A stretch of DNA of 63,988 nucleotides, filler included, from Licmophora abbreviata (lineage: Eukaryota), in NCBI GenBank assembly GCA_900291995.1. It is 11 parts of 11 records of this genome, joined end to end, with 100 filler letters (N's around TTAATTAATTAA, not from the genome) between each part and the next. Parts side by side here need not be neighbours in the genome. Positions count along the whole stretch, not along the records: positions 51,164 to 63,988 come from OLMU01005370.1; 10 more parts are not named here. One strand, 5' to 3'. The notes under the pieces were generated by a model that was not told the DNA's origin, searched no databases, and saw only the letters and a program-made list of their open reading frames with translations. Positions 54,016 through 63,988 of this stretch are shown piece by piece. The translations under genes were made by a program, and so were the position numbers. Each line of letters starts with the position of its first letter. Within the stretch, counting starts at the first letter, position 1.

Positions 54016-57000
54016 ATGTCGAACCCCAATGTGCCTCACGGCAAACGGTGGTTCACGTGGCGCGATGTTTCGGATATTTCCATGAGCGAAGACGATGCCG
54101 CCGCCGGCCTGCCACCCGCTGCGGATGATGACGTACCTCTCGATTACAGCGAGAGTGAAGATGATTTCAATGCACTTGTACCCCCTCAGCAACAGATACG
54201 GCAAAAGCAGTATGCTACGGGATCTTCTCACTTTCTTAAACGCCAAGAGAGCCGAGGCAGTCGTGTCGTACGATTCCAGTCTACTGGCGACAACATTGAA
54301 ACATACGACGAAGAAACACCGCCACTGCCGCGCAGCCCGCCGGATTCACCCCTCTCGACGTCTGATGCTTTCATGAGAAGCAAGAACAGACGGAAAGGAC
54401 GGTCGTCGCAATCCATCAAGAACGGCAGTGGAAAGCCGTCCTCGCCATCGAAAAAAGTCTGGAATGCAATGTCGAATCTCGCCTTGTCGGTACACCGGTC
54501 CCCTGGAAACAGCAAGCGCGGGGGCAACGTGAGCGAAAGGAAGGGAAGCGCGACCCAAGAATATCCGCATAGGGCACGCACGTCTGATTCCATTGGAGGG
54601 AGTGGAAGCAAGAAGAGCAATGCACTCGACCCTGGTTCGGCTGTCAAGTCCAAGCATGCTCACATGAAGCGCGAACGGGCCAACAGCTCCGGCGGAAGTG
54701 GCGGCGAGCGAACTCCACTATTGCAGCAGCCTACCAAACACCACAACGATGGAGAACGAAGTACATCGTTACGTTACCACAAGCAGCAGCATCGCAAAGC
54801 CGATGACTATGGCCCCTTTCATCACGAAAGTGCGCAGATCAAGCGAAAGGCGATTGACCCGGGAACTGGCATCGATTTATTCAAAGCCAGAAAGCAGCGA
54901 AGAGAGCGCAAAATGATTCAAGTTGCGTGCTCATTTCTTCGCGATTGTGAAAAGAGCCGACGCCCCTCGCTGCCTCCGGATCTCTCCAGTATCACTGACA
55001 CGTTGCTTTCCATGTGCCGTTGGAAGTACTCTTTTGTCTGGTGCACACTAGTCAACTTTGCCGTGATTGCCATGTTCCTCTCGTGCTTTTACGAATCCAG
55101 CCCTAATCAGTGGTATGCACATGGGCTGCACGTTTACGCAATTGTAATTTTTGTGTTGGACATGGCCATGGGCAGTGAACTACGAAAACATCAGCACCTC
55201 CTGACGCAGAACGATCCAATGTTACACTTGCGCGAATCGCGATTGGAGCAGTGGACTGTGCTGCTGGCTGGACTCATTTTCTTATTGACCCTGGAGATTG
55301 CATTGAGTGTGGGCACGAATCGAAGGAATCTATGGAGCAGTGCCCTGAAACCGATTGCCTTATTCTATGCGTCGAACCAGGCCAAGAATGCCCTTGAAGC
55401 CTTGAATCGCATTTCGCGGATTGTGACGCGTGTACTTGTGATGGAGCTCTTCGTCATTTTATCCTTTGCGGCTGTGGCCTGTCGACTTTACATGTCGTAC
55501 GACTCGTTCCGTAACCTGTCGACAGCATTTCTGTCCCTCTTTCAATGTAAGTTATGTGATGTGACCGTTTGAGCCGCGAGCATGGTGAAGCACTCACGTT
55601 TGTTTGTTCTTCTTTGACAGTATCTACTACCGTCGTAAACCCGAGCATGTGGATGCCCATGTACAACGATTCCAGGTATTCTGCTATCTTTTTTATCTTC
55701 TTCGTCATGACTAGTGTCTTCTATCTTCACTCCCTCGTACTGTCGGTCGTGTTCCAAACGTATGTTCAAGCGTCGACCGAGATTCACGAGCGTAGCATGA
55801 CGGATCGGGAGGATGCGATTCGACTGGCCTTTTTAGCACTGAAGAGTATGGAGGAACACGAAGAAGACAAGGTAGAGATAGCCGGTGATATCATCAAGAT
55901 GGACGATGTTCGAAAGACGTTGCGCCTTTTGAGGCCTCACTACAATGCAATGAAGGTACGATTTTGATCAACAATATCTATGCGATGGACCCGTCGCATC
56001 GTGATGTGGTCTCACACATTCCCGCTTTTGATATACCGAAAAGATCAATGCTCTTGTTGAGATTGTGGATCCTTCTAGCCAGACGGTGATTGATTACCCG
56101 TCATTTCGCACCAAGATTCGCCAAGCGCTGAATGCCTCGGTTCGGACAGCAAGGACACCGACAGCGTTGTCGCTTGGTGTAGAACTGGTGGCGGCCTCTG
56201 TCGCCGTAATCAATTTCATCTACGTTATTTTGTTCACGTCTGCTTTTCACGCAGATTGGTTTGACACGATTACGGTGCCAGCGGGTGCTTTCATTGCATT
56301 CGTGGGCCTGTTTGAGTTGACGATACGACTCAACCCGTGGCACGTGTTTCATTTCACTCCGATCACGCGACTCAACGCCATCTTCGACGGTATGGCAGCT
56401 ATAGCTGCGGCGATATCACTGCATGGGATATTGAGCTACTGGACCGGTGCCCCATTGGGTTTGGAACTGCTCCTCACAGGTCGTGCGGTCGACATGATCC
56501 GAGTAATGAGATTCTTTCCAATCTTTCGTGACGTGGTGCGTCGGAGCGGCGACGTATTTCCAGCCTTAGCTGGTCCAGTTGCCCTGGTCGTGTCCGCGAT
56601 TCACTTTTTCACCTACTTTGGCATTGCTCTGTGGGGTGGAGCTGTGGATGTGGGTGCGCATACGAACGAGATCACTCCACTCTACGATCTGAACAATTTC
56701 AACTCCTACAGCGAAGGAATGGTTACCATGTTTCAGGTTGTCGTCGTGAACGACTGGCATGCCATTGCGGAAGTCTTTCTATATGCCTCGCGGTGCTCGA
56801 GTCCGTACATTGTTTACCCATTCTTTGTCGCCGGTAATCTGATTGGCGTGAGCATTTTGCTCAACTGCCTCACGGCATTCTTTGTGGGAGGTGAGTAATG
56901 GCTGTGCGAACTTCACTGGTGTTTCAGCATGTCCTGTCCACTGATGACTTTTTGTGGCTTTCTTTCTTCATAGCATTCGTGACAAAACGAAGCGACGATG

Positions 57001-57726
57001 TGGACGTGGACAGTGAGGAAGTGACGACGGTGCGACCGAAATCATCGACAGAGTTCGCCTTCCGGCACTCCGAGAATAACTACCGCCGCACTAGTTCGCA
57101 ACGGAATCTTCGAGCGATACGTGACCACCGCGACAATCACGAAGAAGACGATGAGTTCAGTTCAAGTTCAAGTGAAGATTTGTTTGAATTTGATGTTTAC
57201 GAAAGAGAAGGCTATGATAAGATTATGCAGACAGTCGCAGGAATCGGCGGTGATGGATCGGACTACGCGCAGGAGGTTTGCGACTTTTTGGAGATATTCG
57301 AAAGTCTATCGCCTGGAAGGTACGCTTGCTTGACGTCCTATCTGTCAGCTGTGGATATCGAGTGATGATAGTATGGACGAGCCTCTCACGTTTCTCTTTC
57401 TTTCTGAAACACCTGCTTCAACCACGCGAAGGCGAAATGTTGGGTTCATGGTCTGCTGTCAGCAGACGTTGAGCCGGTTCGGGAATCGACGGTTCCAGTC
57501 GATTTCGAGCAACTACATCGACGAGAGTGCGTTGCACATGGTTGTTAGCGATATGCACGCGGAACTTCTAGCGCTTGCTGGAAAGAACGGGAACCGTTCG
57601 CTCATTCGCGAGTTTACGCATTTGAGTGAGCCTGAGAAGGTCTTGGAGCTATCAGCATCGCTCATTCGAAATCACCCGGCTGTCACCTTGTTCGTATCCG
57701 ACGTGTTATTGAAAACTGAAGCGTGA
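54016..57726 (+). CDS. Two-pore channel (TPC)-like cation channel (exons 54016-55546, 55621-55955, 56044-56890, 56974-57319, 57432-57726; ~1117 aa)
   Basis: Two 6-TM domains. Pore I SFRNLSTAFLSLFQLSTTVVNPSMWMPMY; pore II LNNFNSYSEGMVTMFQVVVVNDWH; EF-hand-like linker VDPSSQTVIDYPSF. Four introns keep the frame. Confidence 0.85.
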
Positions 57727-58102
57727 CGTGTTTGTACATGACTTGGGCGCTACTAGGTAGCTATGTAAATTGTTGAAAGCATACACTACAGTGACGAGAT
57801 CGGCTTTCGTACAAGGTAGGTCTACCGATTTCAGATTGATGATTTGGAACGACAAGCAAAGAGACCTCCAAACTTTCGACGTCTTGCCGTCGTCCAACAA
57901 CCCGAAAAGATACCATCTTTTTCTCGTGTGATGTTTTGATCTCTTTTTGTTCTTTGGGAGCACAGAGACGCGACCATGCGGGCTTGACCAACACTGAAAC
58001 ACAACGACATTCCAGATTGATGCTTTCAACCTACCAGAATAGTGCCTTACACCCCGCCTTCCAAGGGATACAACCTTACCAGTCCCGGTATCTGAAAAGA
58101 GA

Positions 58103-58891
58103 ATGTCAGCTCGACAGAAGGACACTCGTCGTGCCGCGACACACTTTCAGGACGCTAATATGGCGCTTTCGGACGAGAACGAATGCGAACTCGGGTGGCT
58201 GCTTCTGTGTACTTCACTGGGCGATGATAATGAAGGGACCCACGAGCACTTGCGAAATGTGCAGAAGGAGCTAGATACATCTGCCTCGTTACAGTCACTG
58301 GCGCTGCAAACACTGGCGCGGTCACTTTCTGCCTACGTGGAGCAGTGGGGCGACGATATGGTGCACTCGATCTTGTCGACACTCCCTGCGGAAACACTAA
58401 CAGCAATGTCCATTCAATCTAGCTACGGTACAGAACCATTGACTGATGATATTGCGTATGTTCTAGCGAGTCATGAGCATATAGAGCGACTTGCTCTACG
58501 AGCAAATCGACTCACCGAGGCCGGCCTACTGAACTCCCTTCGGACCAGTACACGACGGAAACTGCAAAGACTTGAGTTGTCGCATGTCGCTCTTTCACCA
58601 TCGGTCTTGTCACAAGTGTCTAATCTCTGTCCAGATCTGACCCATCTCTCACTCTCTTATCTATCGTGTCGTCGTCACGGTCAAGACAACGCCGATGTAG
58701 CCGGCGCTGGAGTGGAGTTGTCGTGTGTTTTGAGCCACCAGTTTCCGAGACTCCAAGTGCTGAATCTTTCCGGTTGTACCTGGCTGACCGATTGTATGCT
58801 TGCTGCTCTAGTGAGGGCGCGATGCAATGCACTAGACTGCATTTATGTGCTCAATTGTCCTACGTATCGCACGATTTGTGTTTATCGTTGA
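58103..58891 (+). CDS. RNI-like LRR protein, shorter paralog of 52151-53365
   Basis: SLQSLALQTL, ILSTLPAETLTAMS, LQRLEL, CPDLTHLSLS and FPRLQVLNLSGCTWLTD. Confidence 0.65.
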   Translation: MSARQKDTRRAATHFQDANMALSDENECELGWLLLCTSLGDDNEGTHEHLRNVQKELDTSASLQSLALQTLARSLSAYVEQWGDDMVHSILSTLPAETLTAMSIQSSYGTEPLTDDIAYVLASHEHIERLALRANRLTEAGLLNSLRTSTRRKLQRLELSHVALSPSVLSQVSNLCPDLTHLSLSYLSCRRHGQDNADVAGAGVELSCVLSHQFPRLQVLNLSGCTWLTDCMLAALVRARCNALDCIYVLNCPTYRTICVYR

Positions 58892-59057
58892 CGCTTCAAT
58901 ACCGATGTAGCCCCTTGGTGTGTTGGAAGCGGGCAGATTATGCATAACTACAGTGAGCATACGGTAAGGTGTCCAGATGGGCCGTTGGCGACAAGACATA
59001 TGATACGTTTTGCCGAATAAAAGGTTGTAGAGGAACCCTTTCTCTACTTGCATTATT

Positions 59058-62015
59058 TTATGCATACGTCGTAATAACCTCGATGCCAGACCCTCTTACG
59101 AGCAAGATGTTATCGATAGACTCGCACATCGCGTCGACATACTGAAAAAAGTCGACCCCCGGTTGATTCGGACGAAGTAGCGGCATGTTTGTGACTACCA
59201 AGCATGCCTGACTACTGTAGTGGTGCAGGGCTTGGTTGAATTTTCTTGCTGTTCGTAGTCGCTCGTCTGTGCTGACGCTCCGCTGAGGCTGCAACTCTAC
59301 ATCGACAAAGTGAGTATCCGACGTCGAATGCAAATCGTCCCCCGTGTCTACATTCGACTCCCCTGTTTCCAAATCTTCCAAAACTGTGTCGTAAAGGACT
59401 TCGTCTTCACTCAAGAATACTTCTCCGACCGTCATGTGCTGTGTATTCACGTCCGAAATCGTACCCCTGGACAGTCGCGGGACGGGTCCAGCCGAAGTGT
59501 TCGCTTCTCTCATATCTTGCGCTATCGAGGTATCGTTCAGATCCACAACTTGAACCGTCGCCGAGATGCGAACTCTGCGCAAGTGGTCCATTACGGCTGA
59601 ACGAAGGAGATCTGGATCCTCGGTCGCACTTGAGGTGACAGCAAACAATCGGAGACGACTCTTGGCATATCTCTCGTGCTTCAACAATATGTAAGGTAGC
59701 AGCAGCAGCAGTCCTCCGTCATGGACGACCCACCAAACATCAATCGTGGACGAGTTTCTGCTATTTGTAATCACGGAGTCTCGACTCGAGGGCAATGGTG
59801 CCGCACAGTAGTCTGGCGACCCTCGGAACAGAATCACAGCCTTCTCCAGATTCATTATTCCCTTCAGCGACATTACGTAGTCATCCATTCGTGTCGACGT
59901 ACGACCCATTCTCGGATACGACAGTAGAGCAGTGTTTGGACTCAACGGCCCAAGGCCCGAGTGAACGACGGCTGAGCACAGTGCTTGACTTGGACTTGTT
60001 GTCGTTGCAGCGACTTGCGCAAAACAATCGTCTAGTCCATTCATCGCCATGTGCCTTTCGAGTAGAGTCTTCGAGTGAGACATAAGCTCGCATGTTTCGT
60101 AACGATCCATTCCTACCGGACGCGTCATGATCGACGTGACCATGTGAATGCCGCCACCCCCATGCTGTAACTGCTTGGCCAAAGCGAGGACCTGCAAATT
60201 CGTCGGATTGCCGCAATCATCGGCATCGACTACGGAGAGAAGCTGCGGACGCCAGTTCTTGGCATGAAAATCGCTCGTCTGCGTCCCAGCCAGTGCACGA
60301 AGCGTAGCCGTGGCAACGGCGTAGCGGATCGCATTCCCGACGTCACCCCAGTTCTTCGACACTTTCTGCTGTTTCGTGTACAGATAGAGCAACACAAACA
60401 CCACCGACACGGCAAGTGCCGTGTACCAATGTGCTACAAGTGCAACGAGACCGAGGCACCAAATGCATCCAAGAAAGCTGATGGACCAATGAAAGTAGCG
60501 AAACGTCGGTCGGAAACCAGGACTCCTGAGAAACCCAAGAAAGAAGCAACTCAAATTGATGCCGCTGTACATGAGCAAGAAGAATGTCGTCACCAGTGGC
60601 GTGATATGATCCAGATTCCCAGCAAGACTCGCGAGGGATGCAAGTGCCCATGTGAACCATATTGCTCTAGTCGGCTCATCGTCGGCTTTTGCGGGTTTTA
60701 GAAACGACAAGAATGGCAGGACGTCGTCCATGGCAATCGCCACCAATACGCGTGGGGCTCCGGCGCAGGTCTGCAGTGCCGCACCAACCGACGAGAAAAT
60801 AACGCCCACCGCAACAATCTCTTCAAGTGGCCAAGCTACTGCCGCTACAACGAACTTGTCGTGAATCAATACTTCGTTTGCCATGACCATTCCAAAAAGC
60901 CACACAGTAATAATGTAAATGGAGGTCGTGAATGCAATCGAGCCCAGTGTTCCTCTCGGAATACTCTTGGCAGGATCCGCCAAGACAGCACTCCGATTGG
61001 TACCAGCCATAATGCCAGTGACAGAAGGGTAAAAGATGGCCAAGAGACTAAAGAATGTCGGAGTAATACCGGTAACCGGATCAGGCTGATAGTGTGGCCA
61101 CAGGTTGTCTCCAAAGACACGGTCTGTCGACTGCAAGAGTCCGTTGAAGACCCCCGCCGCAAAGAGAATGCACCCAAGAGTCATGCTGACGATGCTGACA
61201 AAGACCAAGACCAAGAAGGTACTACTCAGCATAGTGACATAACGCACACCAATACTGACGACGGATGCGACGAGCCACATCAAGACGAGCGCGGCCCATC
61301 TCGTATCGAACTCCCAGGAAATGGTCCGACGCAATGCTTCGACAGCTCCCAGCACATACATGGTGGATGCCAAGGTCGTACCAAGATAAAATAACAGACC
61401 AAGTGGACCCCCGATCTGCATCCCCAGCGTTCTTGAAATGACATAGTAGGGTCCTCCAGCCTGGATGGTACCATTGGTGGCGATCGCACTCAGGCTCAAC
61501 CCCGTGAGTAGGGTCGACGTCACAGCCGTGAGAATGATGAGGGTCGTATAGATGCATCCCGCCTGACCTGTAATACTAGTGAGACGCAGAAACAAGATGA
61601 CCCCAAGAATGTTTTGCAGGCAGGGAAGAAATACGCCGTGGAGCGTCCCCAGCTTTTTTTCGTTGGAAACGCTGTTGCGCTTGGACGAGCCTGACAAGGA
61701 ATTGGAAGCGTTGGAATGAGTCGAGTCCGAGTCCAGCGACCGAGCCGCTTGTAGGCGACTTCGAGAGTTGGTGGACGCAGTTGTGTCTCCAATGGAGACT
61801 TTCGAAGACTGAGATGCGTTGGAAGTCAGCGTTCGAGCCGATGATCCCACGCGACTGCTGGATCCCCTCTCGTGGTGCTGGTTTGCCGTCGTCTCCCCTC
61901 GTGCTGCTCTTCGACCGGTCCATGGTAGATTCGTCCGATACCGTCGTGACGCCGTCGTTGTTTGACTGCTTTGCGACGCGGGAGGAGGCTTGGACGGGCC
62001 ATTTGACTTTACCAT
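59058..62015 (-). CDS. Cation-chloride cotransporter (SLC12/CCC family, KCC/CCC1-like)
   Basis: KLGTLHGVFLPCLQNILGVILFLRL, SAIATNG, GGPYYVISRTLG, YPSVTGIMAG.NRS, KNWRPQ, IDVWWVVHDGGLLLLLP, LLVRGSG.EVIT. Confidence 0.95.
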   Translation of the reverse strand: MVKSNGPSKPPPASQSSQTTTASRRYRTNLPWTGRRAARGETTANQHHERGSSSRVGSSARTLTSNASQSSKVSIGDTTASTNSRSRLQAARSLDSDSTHSNASNSLSGSSKRNSVSNEKKLGTLHGVFLPCLQNILGVILFLRLTSITGQAGCIYTTLIILTAVTSTLLTGLSLSAIATNGTIQAGGPYYVISRTLGMQIGGPLGLLFYLGTTLASTMYVLGAVEALRRTISWEFDTRWAALVLMWLVASVVSIGVRYVTMLSSTFLVLVFVSIVSMTLGCILFAAGVFNGLLQSTDRVFGDNLWPHYQPDPVTGITPTFFSLLAIFYPSVTGIMAGTNRSAVLADPAKSIPRGTLGSIAFTTSIYIITVWLFGMVMANEVLIHDKFVVAAVAWPLEEIVAVGVIFSSVGAALQTCAGAPRVLVAIAMDDVLPFLSFLKPAKADDEPTRAIWFTWALASLASLAGNLDHITPLVTTFFLLMYSGINLSCFFLGFLRSPGFRPTFRYFHWSISFLGCIWCLGLVALVAHWYTALAVSVVFVLLYLYTKQQKVSKNWGDVGNAIRYAVATATLRALAGTQTSDFHAKNWRPQLLSVVDADDCGNPTNLQVLALAKQLQHGGGGIHMVTSIMTRPVGMDRYETCELMSHSKTLLERHMAMNGLDDCFAQVAATTTSPSQALCSAVVHSGLGPLSPNTALLSYPRMGRTSTRMDDYVMSLKGIMNLEKAVILFRGSPDYCAAPLPSSRDSVITNSRNSSTIDVWWVVHDGGLLLLLPYILLKHERYAKSRLRLFAVTSSATEDPDLLRSAVMDHLRRVRISATVQVVDLNDTSIAQDMREANTSAGPVPRLSRGTISDVNTQHMTVGEVFLSEDEVLYDTVLEDLETGESNVDTGDDLHSTSDTHFVDVELQPQRSVSTDERLRTARKFNQALHHYSSQACLVVTNMPLLRPNQPGVDFFQYVDAMCESIDNILLVRGSGIEVITTYA

Positions 62016-62261
62016 GGTGGCAGGGATGTCTCTTTGCGGTTGTTTTTGTGTCGAATGTCTTTTTTCTTTTTACTTTTTACGAGTACAGAACTGAGATGAC
62101 TTCGAAAAAGGATGACCGTCCCGCGAGAGAAGTTCAAAGTATCAGGATACATGGAAATGTCGCAATGACGCTCGGAATGTCTTGGCAGTCGTGCGCGCTC
62201 TTTTTCACATTCTCTCTCCGCCACGAACTCTCTCGCCACTCGCCAGACACACACACACAAG

Positions 62262-63988
62262 ATGAGGACGATAGGGCAGCTTTCCCTGTCTCCACCGCTG
62301 CGTTTCTTCTTCCTTCGTCGTCGTCCACTGCACGCCAGTAGCAGACATTCTACGTGCCAACGGCGTCTTCCAACGGTTCAGCCTTGTTCGCATCGTTCCG
62401 CGAGGAGCCCGTGGCGTCAGAGTACTTTTCAGCGCCGCAGTACCACGAGTGCAATGAGCACCGACACTACCAAAGAGATGCCCGCAGATCCAGCAGCGAC
62501 GGCAGCTACTGCTGAACCTGCGTCCTCGCCGACTCCATCCTCGACACACCAAACAGTCAGTATGAGTCAGCAGAAACGGAAACGAATTCAAATTCAGAAG
62601 AGCTCCACACAAGCAGGAGGAACGAAAAAGGAACGAAAGCACATCACTCGCAGACCACCCGAGAATGAACCCGAACAAGCCAAACCGCCTCACGAGGGAT
62701 CGTACGCGAGCGAAGCACAGCAGAAACTCTTTGATATCCAGCTCCCTGCTGACCCACCGGACGACTTGACGCTGCCACCCAAGAAGAAGGTGGCGATGCT
62801 GATTGCCTATACGGGGACGGACTACGGCGGCTTTCAGATCAACGCTGGGCAGCGCACGCTTCAGGCCGAGATCGAACTCGCCCTTTACAAGGCCCACCTC
62901 TTGTCGCAACGAAACTATGGATACCCCCACAAATATGGCTGGAGCACGTCAGGACGTACGGATAAGGGTGTTCACGCTTGTGCACAGGTCTGTAGTGTCA
63001 AGCTCAGCATGGGCGATACCTCTGTGGACGACGTGCGACACCGCATTAATGCACACTTGCCATCCACCATTTCTGTCTTGGACGTGCTTCGAACGACAAG
63101 AAACTTTTGTGCCAAGACTCAGCGTGATCGAGTACGATATCAATACATGCTTCCGACCTTTGTACTGATGGGCAGGGATGAACAACGAGCTTTGTTTGAG
63201 AGAGTGCTCGGAGTTTCTCCCGGCAATCAAGGGCGAAGCGCGTCGGATCCTTTTACACCGGACGAACTGTTGCAGCTGCATACTGCCTTTGTAGGCTATC
63301 GCTCCTCTCCCGAGCAACGACAGACCCTTCAAAAGACTCTACACGAATACGTTGGCACCAAGCCCTTTCACAACTTTACAAAGGGCATTACCAACACAGA
63401 TCCGAGTGCCTTCCGATACATTGTCTCGTTCGACTCGCACGACCCCATACTCCGTGGCAAGTACGACACGGAGTGGATTGAAACGCAAGTGATTGGGCAG
63501 TCATTCTTGCTGCATCAGATTCGTAAGATGGTCAGCATGGCCATTGATGTGGTACGCGGAGCAGCTACGCCAACGATACTGAAGCGTGCCCTCGATACGT
63601 CCAATAAGTTTCGATTGAATGTGGCGCCATCGGAGGGACTCTTTCTTGACATGAGTGTCTTTGATGGATACAACAATCGCATCAAAGAACGGAATGCCGA
63701 CGCAACGCCCATCCATTGGATCAGCGACTCGACGTCGCCGGCAACAGCACGATGGAAGGCCTTCAAAGAAGAAATCGTCATGAAGCACATTGTCGACGAG
63801 GAGGACAAGCTCGGTAACTTTATCAAGTACTTGTTCGTTCAGGAATACATTTTCGACGCCGAGTCGTGTTATCGAGTGGAAGATGGCAGCGGGGGTACTA
63901 GGGATGGCGAGGAATCACAATGGATGCTGACGGTCGTGTCGCCTCAGGCGACTCGTGATTATATCGATAGCTACAGTAATGAGGCAGT
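62262..63988 (+). CDS. PUS1: tRNA pseudouridine synthase (TruA/PUS1 family), 3'-truncated by the window end; second in-frame ATG at 62454
   Basis: Not in the ORF track because there is no stop in the window. Manual translation gives KKKVAMLIAYTGTDYGGFQ, GRTDKGVHA, RVRYQY, GTKPFHNFT and GQSFLLHQIRKMV. Confidence 0.92.
   Translation, partial: MRTIGQLSLSPPLRFFFLRRRPLHASSRHSTCQRRLPTVQPCSHRSARSPWRQSTFQRRSTTSAMSTDTTKEMPADPAATAATAEPASSPTPSSTHQTVSMSQQKRKRIQIQKSSTQAGGTKKERKHITRRPPENEPEQAKPPHEGSYASEAQQKLFDIQLPADPPDDLTLPPKKKVAMLIAYTGTDYGGFQINAGQRTLQAEIELALYKAHLLSQRNYGYPHKYGWSTSGRTDKGVHACAQVCSVKLSMGDTSVDDVRHRINAHLPSTISVLDVLRTTRNFCAKTQRDRVRYQYMLPTFVLMGRDEQRALFERVLGVSPGNQGRSASDPFTPDELLQLHTAFVGYRSSPEQRQTLQKTLHEYVGTKPFHNFTKGITNTDPSAFRYIVSFDSHDPILRGKYDTEWIETQVIGQSFLLHQIRKMVSMAIDVVRGAATPTILKRALDTSNKFRLNVAPSEGLFLDMSVFDGYNNRIKERNADATPIHWISDSTSPATARWKAFKEEIVMKHIVDEEDKLGNFIKYLFVQEYIFDAESCYRVEDGSGGTRDGEESQWMLTVVSPQATRDYIDSYSNEA

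Noticed and set aside
1..63988. Prokaryotic features (operons, CRISPR, prophage, IS elements) suggested by bacterial-like genes tig, hom and SQD1
   Set aside because: These genes have spliceosomal introns and/or eukaryotic targeting peptides and sit among clearly eukaryotic genes. No repeat-spacer arrays or transposases were seen.

Overview
Eukaryotic nuclear DNA from a gene-dense genome with short GT-AG introns (about 75-180 nt). It is most consistent with a diatom or related photosynthetic stramenopile: bipartite signal + 'AF/SF' plastid-targeting peptides occur on trigger factor, SQD1 and others, and secreted proteins carry R-x-L motifs. The species cannot be determined from the sequence. 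The window is a scaffold of 11 contigs joined by ten artificial 100-nt spacers (44 N + TTAATTAATTAA + 44 N); several flanks overlap, so some gaps are not real. About 35 protein-coding loci can be supported. Housekeeping and other assignable genes: nitroreductase, trigger factor, cationic amino-acid transporter, PH-CAMK kinase, RNase Z, GINS Psf2, CaM-lysine methyltransferase, TRAPPC5, SQD1, homoserine dehydrogenase, GET1-like, two-pore channel, cation-chloride cotransporter and PUS1. No rRNA, tRNA, CRISPR array or transposon was recognised. The most notable items are: (1) a ~1095-aa type II membrane fusion of a GT8-like glycosyltransferase domain, a Pro/Ser stalk and a leishmanolysin-like zinc protease whose HExxH motif is split by an intron; (2) a SET-MYND + JmjC methyl writer/eraser fusion; (3) two paralogous secreted proteins with a defensin/scorpion-toxin-like Cys module fused to an Ig-like domain; (4) a palindromic TACCGGTA/TACCWGGTA motif strongly enriched in intergenic DNA. 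Several genes carry frameshifts (pseudogenes or assembly errors). All family assignments are by eye from motifs; no searches were run.
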